Counted from the first letter of the stretch, positions 14,659-28,437 are shown. The stretch: 64,000 nucleotides of DNA from Eledone cirrhosa (GCA_964016885.1 OZ024748.1:4154001-4218000), one strand, 5' to 3'. Notes: generated by a model not told the origin, from the sequence alone. Program-made: numbers and translations.

Positions 14659-15101
14659 TATACATATGCATACAGGTACACATACATATATGCACGTATC
14701 AGTTTAGCGGCGCTAACGTCGCTTTGTTCGTTTGTAAACAAACTGAACAGCCTGAATTTATGCCATACGGTGTTAAGGCAACCACGTCACCTTTTTGTTC
14801 AACACTGACACAGGAACGATGTACTAGTTTCAAGCTTGTTAGCTATCATCAGCACCGTTTACCCATCTGCCAGATAGTTGAACGTTCGAAAGTATATACT
14901 TTCCTTATGAAAATTAACGGCTGAGCAGCCTAATTTGCATATTGAGTGAGTTAAATCGGTCAGGCATACCGAAAACGATAAATTGAAACAAAATGAAAAC
15001 GAAATTTCATTTCTCACTCTTAGTATGGCACTTACTTAAATGTAAGTATGCATGTATACGTACATACATATATGTATACAGACGTACAGTAGCATGCACA
15101 C

Positions 15102-15132
<31 letters not shown>

Positions 15133-15544
15133 TATACATATGCATACAGGTACACATACATATATGCACGTATCAGTTTAGCGGCGCTAACGTCGCTTTG
15201 TTCGTTTGTAAACAAACTGAACAGCCTGAATTTATGCCATACGGTGTTAAGGCAACCACGTCACCTTTTTGTTCAACACTGACACAGGAACGATGTACTA
15301 GTTTCAAGCTTGTTAGCTATCATCAGCACCGTTTACCCATCTGCCAGATAGTTGAACGTTCGAAAGTATATACTTTCCTTATGAAAATTAACGGCTGAGC
15401 AGCCTAATTTGCATATTGAGTGAGTTAAATCGGTCAGGCATACCGAAAACGATAAATTGAAACAAAATGAAAACGAAATTTCATTTCTCACTCTTAGTAT
15501 GGCACTTACTTAAATGTAAGTATGCATGTATACGTACATACATA
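11719..15544 (-). mobile_element. Tandem array of eight 474-bp units plus a 34-bp partial unit, each full unit carrying a type I hammerhead (retrozyme-like)
   Basis: Exact 474-bp periodicity, also visible in the ORF track. HHR on the minus strand at 11971-12015 + n*474. Confidence 0.9.
11971..12015 (-). ncRNA. Minimal type I hammerhead ribozyme (first of 8 copies; others at 12445, 12919, 13393, 13867, 14341, 14815, 15289)
   Basis: AACGGTG-CTGATGA-T-AGCT-AACA-AGCT-T-GAAA-C-TA-G-TA|CATCGTT. Stem I is 7 bp, stem II is AGCT/AGCT, stem III is palindromic CTAG, and the cleavage triplet is GUA. Confidence 0.88.
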
Positions 15545-15644
15545 AATTCAGGCTGTTCAGTTTGTTTACAAACGAACAAAGCGACGTTAGCGCCGCTAAA
15601 CTGATACGTGCATATATGTATGTGTACCTGTATGCATATGTATA

Positions 15645-15675
<31 letters not shown>

Positions 15676-16118
15676 GTGTGCATGCTACTGTACGTCTGTA
15701 TACATATATGTATGTACGTATACATGCATACTTACATTTAAGTAAGTGCCATACTAAGAGTGAGAAATGAAATTTCGTTTTCATTTTGTTTCAATTTATC
15801 GTTTTCGGTATGCCTGACCGATTTAACTCACTCAATATGCAAATTAGGCTGCTCAGCCGTTAATTTTCATAAGGAAAGTATATACTTTCGAACGTTCAAC
15901 TATCTGGCAGATGGGTAAACGGTGCTGATGATAGCTAACAAGCTTGAAACTAGTACATCGTTCCTGTGTCAGTGTTGAACAAAAAGGTGACGTGGTTGCC
16001 TTAACACCGTATGGCATAAATTCAGGCTGTTCAGTTTGTTTACAAACGAACAAAGCGACGTTAGCGCCGCTAAACTGATACGTGCATATATGTATGTGTA
16101 CCTGTATGCATATGTATA

Positions 16119-16149
<31 letters not shown>

Positions 16150-16265
16150 GTGTGCATGCTACTGTACGTCTGTATACATATATGTATGTACGTATACATG
16201 CATACTTACATTTAAGTAAGTGCCATACTAAGAGTGAGAAATGAAATTTCGTTTTCATTTTGTTT

Positions 16266-16269
<4 letters not shown>
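15541..16269 (+). mobile_element. Inverted arm (~1.5 units) of the 474-bp array
   Basis: Reverse complement of the unit. The junction shares CATA microhomology (15541-15544) and the arm ends in (TA)n. Confidence 0.92.
15918..15962 (+). ncRNA. Hammerhead ribozyme in the inverted arm
   Basis: aacggtg CTGATGA tagctaacaagctt GAAA ctagta|catcgtt. Predicted cleavage after 15955. Confidence 0.88.
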
Positions 16270-16350
<81 letters not shown>

Positions 16351-16407
16351 CATATATACATACACATATAGATCTACACATAGATACATATATAGACATC
16401 TATGCAC

Positions 16408-16438
<31 letters not shown>

Positions 16439-16817
16439 TGTATGTATGTATGTATGTATGTATGTATGTATGTCTGAGTGTGTAAATGTGTGAGTTAAGT
16501 TGTAAATATATCCACGTAATACTTTATCTAACACCCTTTCCAAACGAAACGAAATCTCACCATTCCACTCCAGTCCACTTTACACAACAACTCTATCACC
16601 ACCAGATATAATCAACAGCAGATATATCGGTGATATCACTATTGACACGATAACCTGATATCTCCACAATGACACCTGCAATCCATCATCTGATATCAAT
16701 GTAATATCACATTGTTCACCACTGATTATACATAAATACATACACATTAAATATATATATATATAAATTTTTATAAATATGCATAAAAATGAACAAATAA
16801 ATATATATATAAATAAA

Positions 16818-16874
<57 letters not shown>

Positions 16875-16947
16875 ATAATAATAAATTTGAAGACTAAAAT
16901 CCAAAGAGGGCTCGATAAGGATAAATATATATCAAATAAATATATAA

Positions 16948-17190
16948 GAAACGTTCTGGAGTCTAAAAGACAACCACACCCAGTATAAGTTACACTGGGA
17001 GATCCTAGTTAGGGCTAGATCGTATAACGGAAATAAAAGACCATGTCACCTCTGCGCCGCTGAGGCCCTGGAAATACTCTACGCCAAAGACCACATCTTA
17101 AACAAAAAATCTGAGGCAATTTCGGTTTGTAAACATAAATTGCACAAAACTTTCCTGTATTACAGCCCCACATTATACTCTAACGGATAG
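16948..17190 (+). pseudogene. 5'-truncated Penelope-like element ORF end (GIY-YIG endonuclease C-terminal region)
   Basis: Open frame ETFWSLKDNHTQYKLHWEILVRARSYNGNKRPCHLCAAEALEILYAKDHILNKKSEAISVCKHKLHKTFLYYSPTLYSNG*. This matches the PLE pattern W.LKD....Y...W.IL..A..Y......C.LC..E...I.......LNK.SE....C.H. Confidence 0.85.
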
Positions 17191-17323
17191 TACGAACTAT
17201 ACGCGGATATTTTACGTCTTGATGTGGGAACGTTTCCACGAACCAAAGTATCGTCTTCCTGTCTTCCTCCGGTTGCAACGTTTTTTGAAATATTCACTTC
17301 TGCGTTCACAGATTGACTTTGTT

Positions 17324-17374
17324 AGTTTCAGAAGATCCCGTTAAGGGTGAAAGCAGCGATTCTTTGCTTAAACT
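17324..17374 (+). ncRNA. Hammerhead motif in the PLE 3' UTR (one core substitution)
   Basis: AGTTT-CAGAAGA-T-CCC-GTTAA-GGG-T-GAAA-GCA-gcgattctt-TGC-TT|AAACT. All three stems pair, but the core reads CAGA instead of CUGA. Confidence 0.75.
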
Positions 17375-17405
17375 TTAATCTGTTATTTTAATAAATATAT
17401 ATATA

Positions 17406-17486
<81 letters not shown>

Positions 17487-17652
17487 GAGAGGTATAGAGA
17501 TTGTTTTAGCAAGAAGCTAACGGCATTCTATAACATATATGCGACTATAACGTCAAGATGGGAATATATTGTGTGTGTATGTATGTATGTTTTGCTCAAC
17601 ATTTTTATTGAGATGTCTTCTAACTAAAACTTTCCTCACATGTGTTTGGTGT

Positions 17653-17778
<126 letters not shown>

Positions 17779-18029
17779 GTCTGTATATGTGTGTGTTTTC
17801 TCTGTATATATGTGTCTTTGATATCTCGTGTATACGACGACACCTTTGTTGTTTTAACTGTTTACGGTTAAAATATCGACGAATCCTGTGTTTTTTGAGA
17901 GAAGATTAAAGCTAAAGGCCATCTTGTACTCCTCTATATACCATGTACATACTATGTATATACTATGTATATACTATGTATATACTATGTATATACTATG
18001 TACATACTATGTATATACTATGTATATAC

Positions 18030-18505
18030 TCTGTATATACTCTGTATATACTATGTATATACATAGAATTCACACAGGAAAAGAAAACGTACTACAATAT
18101 GAAGAAAGCTCAGTGGTAATGCTTTGGTGTACAACTTTATAACTGGTATATAAGGCGATCCTTATTGTTGGAGGGAGTATTAAAGTTAAAGATCATCTTA
18201 CACGCCACCATATACTGTATATATACACAAACACACACTACATTCTACACTATGTATAAACAGATCAGTGGTGAAGCTTTGGTTTAGGACGTTGTACATG
18301 GTGTATAAGACGAACCTTATTATTGAAGAGAGTGTGTATATACTGTATATATACACACACTACACACTACACTATGTATAAAAAGATCAGTAGTGTAGCT
18401 TTGATTTAGAACGTTATACATGGTGTATAAGACGACCCCTATTTTCCTTACTGGAGTAAAAGGCGTTATTGCTTACAGTTAAAAGGTCATCTTGAACCGT
18501 GTACA
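18030..18505. repeat. Degenerate tandem units, possibly pogo/Tigger-type MITE remnants
   Basis: Three related blocks containing cagtggt...gctttg...tggtgtataagacgac, plus aaaaggtcatctt. Confidence 0.4.
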
Positions 18506-18732
18506 CACACATTGTACACAGAAACACACACATGCTCATAGAAACACACACTCAACACTATGTAGATAGTGGATTTGAACTGTTAACTTCATATCTGTCT
18601 GAAACCCCGCCTAGCTGACATTAATCACAGGCTGTGTCGGGGTTCACCAACATATTCGGGGGGGGGGGGGATCAATACTTGCCACCAGTAGTGTTGGACA
18701 TACAAGGATAATGATAGGGATTCATGACAAAA

Positions 18733-20300
18733 TGGTGGTGGTGGTGGAGGTGGTGGTGGTGATGGTTTGTTGGTGGTGGTGATGGTTTGTTGGTGATGGT
18801 GATGGTTTGTTGGTGATGGTGATGGTTTGTTGGTGGTGGTGATGGTTTGTTGGTGGTGGTGATAGTTTGTTGGTGATGGTGATGGTTTGTTGGTGATGGT
18901 GATGGTTTGTTGGTGGTGGTGATGGTTTGTTGGTGGTGGTGATGGTTTGTTGGTGATGGTGATGGTTTGTTGGTGGTGGTGATGGTTTGTTGGTGGTGGT
19001 GATGGTTTGTTGGTGGTGGTGATGGTTTGTTGGTGGTGGTGATGGTTTGTTGGTGGTGGTGATGGTTTGTTGGTGGTGGTGATGGTTTGTTGGTGATGGT
19101 GATGGTTTGTTGGTGGTGGTGATGGTTTGTTGGTGGTGGTGATGGTTTGTTGGTGGTGGTGATGGTTTGTTGGTGGTGGTGATGGTTTGTTGGTGGTGGT
19201 GATGGTTTGTTGGTGGTGATGGTTTCTTGGTGGAGGTGATGGTTTGTTGGTGGTGGTGATGGTTTGTTGGTGATGGTGATGGTTTGTTGGTGGTGGTGAT
19301 GGTTTGTTGGTGGTGGTGATGGTTTGTTGGTGATGGTGATGGTTTGTTGGTGGTGGTGATGGTTTGTTGGTGGTGGTGATGGTTTGTTGGTGGTGGTGAT
19401 GGTTTGTTGGTGGTGGTGATGGTTTGTTGGTGGTGATGGTTTGTTGGTGGTGATGGTTTGTTGGTGGTGGTGATTGTTTGTTGGTGGTGGTGATGGTTTG
19501 TTGGTGATGGTTTGTTGGTGGTGGTGATGGTTTGTTGGTGGTGGTGATGGTTTGTTGGTGATGGTTTGTTGGTGGTGGTGATGGTTTGATGGTGGTGGTG
19601 ATGGTTTGTTGGTGGTGATGGTTTGTTGGTGGTGGTGATTGTTTGTTGGTGGTGGTGATGGTTTGTTGGTGGTGGTGATGGTTTGTTGGTGATGGTTTGT
19701 TGGTGGTGGTGATAGTTTGTTGGTGGTGGTGATGGTTTGTTGGTGATGGTTTGTTGGTGGTGGTGATGGTTTGATGGTGGTGGTGATGGTTTGTTGGTGA
19801 TGGTTTGTTGGTGGTGGTGATGGTTTGATGGTGGTGGTGATGGTTTGTTGGTGGTGGTGATGGTTTGTTATTGGTGGTGATGGTTTGTTGGTGGTGGTGA
19901 TGGTTTGTTGGTAGTGGTGATGGTTTGTTGGTGGTGGTGATGGTTTGTTGGTGGTGGTGATGGTTTGATGGCGGTGGTGGTGATGGTTTGATGGTGGTGG
20001 TGGTGGTTTGTTGGTGGTGGTGATGGTTTGATGGTGGTGGTTTGTTGGTGGTGGTGATGGTTTGTTGGTGGTGGTGATGGTTTGTTGCTGATGGTTTGTT
20101 GGTGGTGGTGATGGTTTCATGGGGGTGGTGATGGTTTGATGGAGGTGGTGATGGTTTGATGGTCGTGGTGATGGTTTGTTGGTGATGGTTTGTTGGTGGT
20201 GGTTTGTTGATGGTGGTTCGTTGATGGTGGTGGTTTGTTGTTGGTGGTGGTGGTTTGTTGGTGGTGGTGATAGTTTGTTGGTAGTGGAGATGGTTTGCCA
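18733..20300. repeat. 20-bp minisatellite (tggtggtggtgatggtttgt) with 14/17-bp variants
   Basis: Direct periodicity. It generates the spurious 649-aa and 554-aa ORFs. Confidence 0.95.
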
Positions 20301-20672
20301 CCAGTACCACCACAACAACAACCACCACCACAACAACTACAACAGCCACCATTACAGCTGTGATAGAAGCAATGAAATCTCCATCAATTTTCAATTTGTT
20401 AAAAATTAAAATGTAAGTGTGATTTTCTCTTCCATACACACACACAACATATACATACATGTATATACATACATAAGCACATAAACGCACACATACACAT
20501 AAACACACACACAGACACATACACACACATATATATGTGTGTATGCGTGTATGAGTGACATGATACATATACATATATATATATATATGTATGTAATATA
20601 CCTATATATATATATGTATATATGTATGTAATATACCTATATATATATATATATACATATACATATACACAC

Positions 20673-20707
<35 letters not shown>

Positions 20708-20886
20708 CATATATACACACATATATATACACACGTATATAAATAGATACATATACATATACATACATATATACATATACTCTCACACACTCACGAGCTT
20801 GTGTGTTTATTCCGTTCTTTCAACTCACTAATTGTCTTGTCATTTGATTTTGTTCGCTTGCCTGGTTCTCTTTTACTTCCTTACTT

Positions 20887-20943
<57 letters not shown>

Positions 20944-21230
20944 ATAAATATATAAAGTTATATGGATATATATATACACACACATATATATATATATGTC
21001 TGTGTTTGTTTGTGCGTAACTATCTTAACTAACATAACCACTACCACCACCACCACCACCACCAACACCACCATCAGCCTCGCCCTCGCCACACCATCAC
21101 CACCAGACCACCACCACCATCACCATCACCATTTTCATAACAATGATCACCACCACCACCCTCACCATCATCATCATGATAATTCCTTCATAATCACCAT
21201 TACTTAATCACACCTCTAGCATTGTTAATA

Positions 21231-21960
21231 TCAACACCAACACCAACAACCAACACCACCACCATCACCAACACCAACAACCCACACCACCACCAACACC
21301 ATCACCAACACCATCACCAACACCAACACCAACATCAACACCAACACCAACACCAACATCAACACCAACACCAACACCAACACCAACACCATAACCAACA
21401 CCAACACCAACATCAACACCAACACCAACACCAACACCAACACCATAACCAACACCAACACCCACACCACCAGCAACACCATCACCAACACCATCACCAA
21501 CACCAACACCAACACCAACACCATCACCACCATCACCACCAACACCAACACCAACACCAACAACAACACCAACACCACCACCAACAACATCACCAACACC
21601 AACACCAACACCAACACCAACACCAACACCATCACCACCAACACCAACACCAACACCAACATCAACACCAGCATCAACACCCACACCACCACCAACACCA
21701 TCACCAACACCATCACCAACACCAACACCAACATCAACACCAACACCAACACCAACATCAACACCAACACCAACACCAACACCAACACCAACACCAACAC
21801 CAACACCAACACCAACACCAACACCAACACCAACACCAACACCACCACCAACACCATCACCAACATCAACACCAACATCAACACCAACACCAACACCACC
21901 ACCACCAACACCAACACCACCACCACCACCATCACCAACACCAACATCAACATCAGCTCC
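21231..21960. repeat. (ACCAAC)n hexamer satellite
   Basis: Direct observation. Confidence 0.95.
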
Positions 21961-22587
21961 AACACCTTTATCATTTTATGATACACATTATCTCGTCTAG
22001 TCAAGTATATCCCCCCCCCACACACACACACCACCACTCCCACCACCACCACCACCACCACCACCACTCCACCACTACCTCCTCCCACCTTTTCTCTCTT
22101 TATCTCTGAAATCGCAGACATGTAACTGAACCATTTTCAGGATATGAATTTGTCATTTTCGGGAAATTGGCAATAAGAGAACGCTATTCCACCTGACGGC
22201 TTCCCGCTGTTTTTGCACAAACAAGATGGCTACCAAAGTACCGTTTGATAAAACCTATTGGCTGTTTTGGAAGCAATCACTTCAAAATCAATGTATTACT
22301 ATATTTATTTTTATTTCCCAATATTATTATTTTTGTTATTTGGTCGGCCTGTTGCTGTTATTGTTGTTATCAACAATGTTATGGAGGCGGCAGTAGTGGT
22401 AGTGGTGGTGGTGGTGGTGGTGGTGGTGGTGGTGGTGGTGGTGGTGGTAGTGGTGGAAAAGAATAAGAATTGAAATAGGCGAGACGATGTAGCACTTGAA
22501 TGCGTGAATATCTATCTATCTATTTGTCTATCTATCTATCTTGTGGCAAATAAAGAATTCTAGCTATCTCCAACTATTTATCTATTC

Positions 22588-22645
<58 letters not shown>

Positions 22646-22813
22646 TCATCTATCTATCTATCTATCTATCTGTCTATCTATCTGTCTATCTATCTAGCTA
22701 TCATTGTACTTGTCCCCTTCTTGTGTGCCCTTGTGGCTAATAAAGAAATATATCTATCTACCTACTTACCTACCTACCTACCAACCTCCCTATCTATCTA
22801 TCAACCTACCTAC

Positions 22814-22884
<71 letters not shown>

Positions 22885-22914
22885 CCTATCGACCTATCTG
22901 TCTATCTATCTATT

Positions 22915-23395
22915 TCCTCTTCACAAAGGAAGCAAAGGCGGTTTTTCTGTGCGTAATAGCCATGTTGAAAGAGGTTGTTTGGTGGACACGATTGAAAGGT
23001 CTGAGGTCAGGCAACTTCCTCTCTGGCCATAGTCTGGTCTACTTCTTCCGATATCACTTCGGAAGAAGGATAAGAATGGAGAGAGAGGTGCTTGGCCACA
23101 GGCAGTTTTATGAAAGGTGGGTGATAGTGGCGAGAATGGCTCGTGTAAATGGGCCTTCTCTGTATACCATCCTGTAGGTAAAGAAGTAAAGGAGAGGGGA
23201 GCACCTTCTCCATGTGCTCCCCGGGCAAAGGATTGCACACTTTTTCGGGGGTGTGTGCAACCCCCATCACGTCCCCTCCCTTTTGAGGTTATTTTCGATT
23301 ATTTTCATGTTACACCCTTTTTACTCGATTATATGTAAACTCCCCCTTTGTATTTGTCCCTTCTTTTTATGCCTTTATGGTAAATAAAGAAATCT
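22915..23395 (+). mobile_element. 3' end of an L1/Tx1-like LINE inserted in (TATC)n
   Basis: Frame KAVFLCVIAMLKEVVWWTRLKGLRSGNFLSGHSLVYFFRYHFGRRIRMEREVLGHRQFYERWV...* resembles a Tx1/L1 ORF2 C-terminus. The 3' UTR ends aataaagaaat-ctatcta. Terminal copies also at 22541-22560, 22705-22752 and 49523-49612. Confidence 0.7.
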
Positions 23396-24111
23396 ATCTA
23401 TTTCTTACACACACATATTGTCTGATGAATGTTGGCAAAGATGAGGCACGATTTGAAGCCAGATCACACAGAACCGAATCAAACGCCCAAAAGGTTTCCA
23501 TCCAATTCTTTAACAATCCTCTCATTGATCGACCACAAAGAGATGAAAGTCAGAGATGCTCTTGGCAGGATTTGAACTCAGGGTGTCGTAGGTCGGAACA
23601 AAATACCGGACCGTTTAATCCGGTGTCCTGACTGCTCAACCAACTTGGTTCTGGACAGCAGAGAAAAAGGTTGAATAGCCACAATATTGCAATTACGATT
23701 TAGTACCGACCACGACAACCACCACGGCTACAGTCAAGTTGTTGTACTACACCTTCACTAAAACTACGGGTGTGTGTGGGAGAGTGTGTGTGTGTATGGG
23801 GGGGGGAGGACAGTATGTGTGTGTGTGCGGGACAATGTGTGTATGTCAGACTGTGTGTAGGGGGGCATAGTGTGTGTGTGTGTGTGCCAGTGTGTGTAGG
23901 ACAGTGTGTGTTCGTGTGTATGTGTGTGGGGGGGGGGGGGTAGTGTGGGGGGGGGGCAGTGTGTGTGTGGGGAAGAGTGTGTATGGGACAGTGTGTGGTG
24001 GGCAGTGTGTGTGTGGGGGGAGAGTGTGTGGGGGACAGTGTGTGTGTGTGTGGGAGAGTGTGTGGGGGAGAGTGTGTGAGAGAATGTCTCTGTGTCAAGG
24101 GAACAACCTAC

Positions 24112-24129
24112 CTTACAAGCTCGAATTAT
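24112..24129 (-). other. Candidate 18-nt microexon (IIRACK)
   Basis: gactttttacag|ATAATTCGAGCTTGTAAG|gtaggt on the minus strand. Confidence 0.25.
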
Positions 24130-24728
24130 CTGTAAAAAGTCAACTTGGGTTTTCAATAATAATGGACGCACAAATATGTTGTCAGTTTGAGGCTGGTGAG
24201 GGAGAGAGAAAGGAGAGGGAGCGAAGCGGAGGGAGAGAAAATGGAGAGTCAGGTGAGGGAGAGAGAGGGGGGTTGGAGAGAAGCAGGTGAGGGAAAGTGA
24301 GAAGGGAGAGGGAGAGGGGGATGGGGAGAGGAGGGAGAAAGAGAGATGGAGTGAGGGGAGGGAGAAGGGAGGGATGGAGTGAGGGAGAAACAGAAGAGGG
24401 GGAGAAGAAAGGAAGAGAGTAAAGAAAGTGAGAAAGAGAACACAGAGAGAGCAAGCTGGGTTGTGTGGATCAAAGTTTGACCTCCCTCTTAACGCCCCCC
24501 CCCCCACCATCATCAACCACCATTATCACTAACACCGCCACCGAGTACGCCACCACCAACCACGACACCACCACCACCAGCTCCACCACACACCACCCAG
24601 TACGACACCACCAGCAGTAAACTCCTAGGAATGTGTTTGTGTCAAGAGACGATAAGATCAGAAGCAGGACAGGTAGAAGTCAAAGGGACTTGTTCCATTG
24701 CTAATCTCAATTCAACACGTGGAAATTT

Positions 24729-24820
<92 letters not shown>

Positions 24821-25792
24821 TATATTTTATATTTAATTTTATATCTTATTTTATATTTTATTATTTTATATATTATTTTATATTTTATATTTTATTATAT
24901 CATTATCAATTTTTACGTTTTTTACCTTGTTGCTAATTTAATTGTGGCATAAACATTGTTGTTTTATATGTTTTTACTACAAATTTTAATTTTATCCTAC
25001 CTTAGTCTTTATTTATATATTTTCTCTTTTCTTTTATATTTTATTTATATATTTTATTTATATATTTTATTTATATATTTTATTTATACATTTTATTTAT
25101 ACATTTTATTTATATATTTTATTTTTATATTTTATTTTTATATTTTATTTTTATATTTTATTTTTATATTTTATTTTTATATTTTATTTTTATATTTTAT
25201 TTATATATTTTATTTTCTGATATTTTTTATATGGAGATATTTTTTTGTTTTTTGTTACCTTGTTCCTTGTCTTGCTCCGATCATTCATTCCTGCCATTCC
25301 TTAATTCTTACATTCTGCCATTCTCATTTATTCTTCCTTTGATAACCCTTTCATCAGTCTCTTACCCTCTCTACCTCACCCTTTACCCATCTTTCCTCTC
25401 TCTCTCTTATGTTCTCTCCCCCTCTTTCTCCACTCCCCCTCTCTCTCTCCTTTTCTTCCTATACATATGCGTGTGTGTTTGTTTAAACATATAAATACAT
25501 AAATACACACACACACACACACACATATATATAAATGTATATAGGAAAACTCTACTACCCTAAGTATCGAGTACTCTGGTGCGTTATGGTCCACCTGGAT
25601 TTTTACCACACCTTCTTTGTCATATATATATATATATATATACACACATATGTATGTATGTAGAGAGAGAGAGAGGGAGAGAGAGAGAGAGAGAGAGAGT
25701 GAGAGAGACGTATGTATATATACTTATATAATCAATATATATATATATATACAATTCTACCTACCTATATATCTATCTATACGTACATACAT

Positions 25793-25955
<163 letters not shown>

Positions 25956-26284
25956 AGAATCTACACTGTTTTTAATAATGACATCATTTTAAATTGGTAA
26001 TTTCTAGGATCTTTTGATCATGTTTATCGATCCATGCACCTATATCAACATGGCGCCCAAATATTATAGATTCCTTGTACTTTTTTCTTCAACGTATATT
26101 TTATTCTCTGTGTCTGTCAATAGAAACGACCAGAGAGGTTTCAAGTCTATTTAGATGCTCATCAGTGAGACATGACACAGCTTCTGTCCACGGAGAGATT
26201 TTATATCTTATAGCTACGTATAACTTGTAACTACTAGAAGTCATCTAGGAATTCTCTGTCTGTCTGTCTGTCTGTGTGTCTGTG

Positions 26285-26345
<61 letters not shown>

Positions 26346-27153
26346 GCCTGTCTGGCATCATGTATGTATATATCTCTCTCCGAATCACTGAGCTCGATAT
26401 AATGTCGACTAAATCTCAATAAAGCGATGCTTCAGCATAATAGGGATTCTAATGACTGAACCGACTGCAAGAAAAATAAATGAACAATCTAACTATCTAT
26501 CTATCCACCTCCCTCTCTCTATCTATCATATATATATATGCCTACATATATACACACACATACACACACTCACACACATGTATGTATATATATATATATA
26601 TCATACGAAAGAGTGACAGATAGTTTCTAGGGCGTACCTGTGTCCAGAGGTGAGAGACAAACGAAGACTAGCAATGGCGGTGGTGATGGTGGTGGTGGTG
26701 TGACGGTGGAGGTAGCAGTGCTGGTGTTGGTGACGGAGGTATAGGAATGTATGAGGAAGAGTGTAAAGAGTACGGTGAGGTGTGTGGGTCAGTACTTTGT
26801 TGTATACACACACACACATACAGATATATATATATATACATACATATCTATATATATACATATACATATATATGCATACATATTTATACATATACACATA
26901 TACATATATAAACATAAATTTATATATATACACACATGTACATATATATATATATACATACACACATATACATATATAAACATAAATATATATACACACA
27001 TATACATACACATATATACATACACACATATACATATATAAACATATATATATATACATATACATACACATATATACATACACACATATACATATATAAA
27101 CATATATATATACATACATATACATACACATATATATGTATGTATGTATTTGT

Positions 27154-27198
<45 letters not shown>

Positions 27199-27472
27199 AA
27201 TAAATATATATATATATATAATATATATATATATAAAAGAGAGCGAGATATATATTACATGAATGTGTGAGACGGGGCTTGCAACATAGCACAACAGCAT
27301 GGAATGTTGTCTGTTGGTGAATTGTTGTTTTGAAATAGCTACTACAGCAGCAGCAGCAGCAGTAGCCAAGGTAGGTGAGGAGGGGTGGGGGGTGGGGGGT
27401 GGGGGTGATTGATAGAAGGTCTAGATAAAAATATATATAAAAAACTATATATAATCGGATATATATATGTAT

Positions 27473-27542
<70 letters not shown>

Positions 27543-27552
27543 GTATGTGTGT

Positions 27553-27627
<75 letters not shown>

Positions 27628-27637
27628 GTATGTGTGT

Positions 27638-27672
<35 letters not shown>

Positions 27673-27773
27673 TATATATATATATATATGTATATCATAT
27701 ATAGATATATATATGATATATATATATATATATATATGATATATATACACGTACATATATATATGATATATGA

Positions 27774-27892
<119 letters not shown>

Positions 27893-28034
27893 TAATTTGA
27901 TTGACAGATAAATGGATATTTATAGATAAAGAAATAAACGGACAGACATACACACAGATACACTCATATACACATATATATGTATATATGTATGTATACA
28001 CTCGCACTCACACACACACATATATATATATATA

Positions 28035-28093
<59 letters not shown>

Positions 28094-28390
28094 AGAGTGA
28101 GAAAAGGAAAGAAAGAAAGAGAAAGAGTAGGATACACAGACAGAGATAGAGGGGAGAGAAGGGAGAGTGAAAATGAAAGAGAGTAAGAGAAAGAGTGGGA
28201 GACATAGATAGAGATAGAGAGAAAGGGGTGAGAGGGGGAGAGAGAAGGGAGAGTAAGCGAAGAGAAGGGATAGTGAGGGGAGGGAAGAGAGAGTGAGAGG
28301 AGAGAAAGAGGGGGAGAATAGATAAAGAGTAAACACATTTTTGACTGAAAAATATTTTGGGTAGACCTCAGTTTGAAGGAGCGCAGAGGT

Positions 28391-28437
28391 CAATCTGACT
28401 AATTTCGGCATTATTTTCACAGCTTCATCAGTGATCA
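28391..28437 (-). ncRNA. Decayed minimal hammerhead motif
   Basis: tgatca-CTGATGA-AGC-tgtgaaaataat-GCC-GAAA-T-TA-G-TC|agattg. The core is intact, with mismatches at the bases of stems I and II. Confidence 0.55.

Noticed and set aside
11719-15544. CRISPR-like or rDNA/snRNA array interpretation
   Set aside because: No unique spacers and no recognisable 5S, snRNA or tRNA sequence. The single ATGCAAAT octamer per unit is insufficient evidence for an snRNA gene.
11734-16258. Repeated 62/66/76-aa ORFs in the 474-bp unit
   Set aside because: Short, partly microsatellite-derived, antisense to the ribozyme, with no recognisable domain.
18625-20574. 649-aa and 554-aa ORFs
   Set aside because: Translations of a stop-free 20-bp minisatellite and microsatellites.
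21222-22121. His/Gln-rich and Val/Leu-rich ORFs
   Set aside because: (ACCAAC)n repeat open in several frames.
26120-26172. Minus-strand CTGATGA...GAAAC...GTC
   Set aside because: The core is present but stem I cannot pair; at best a decayed relic.
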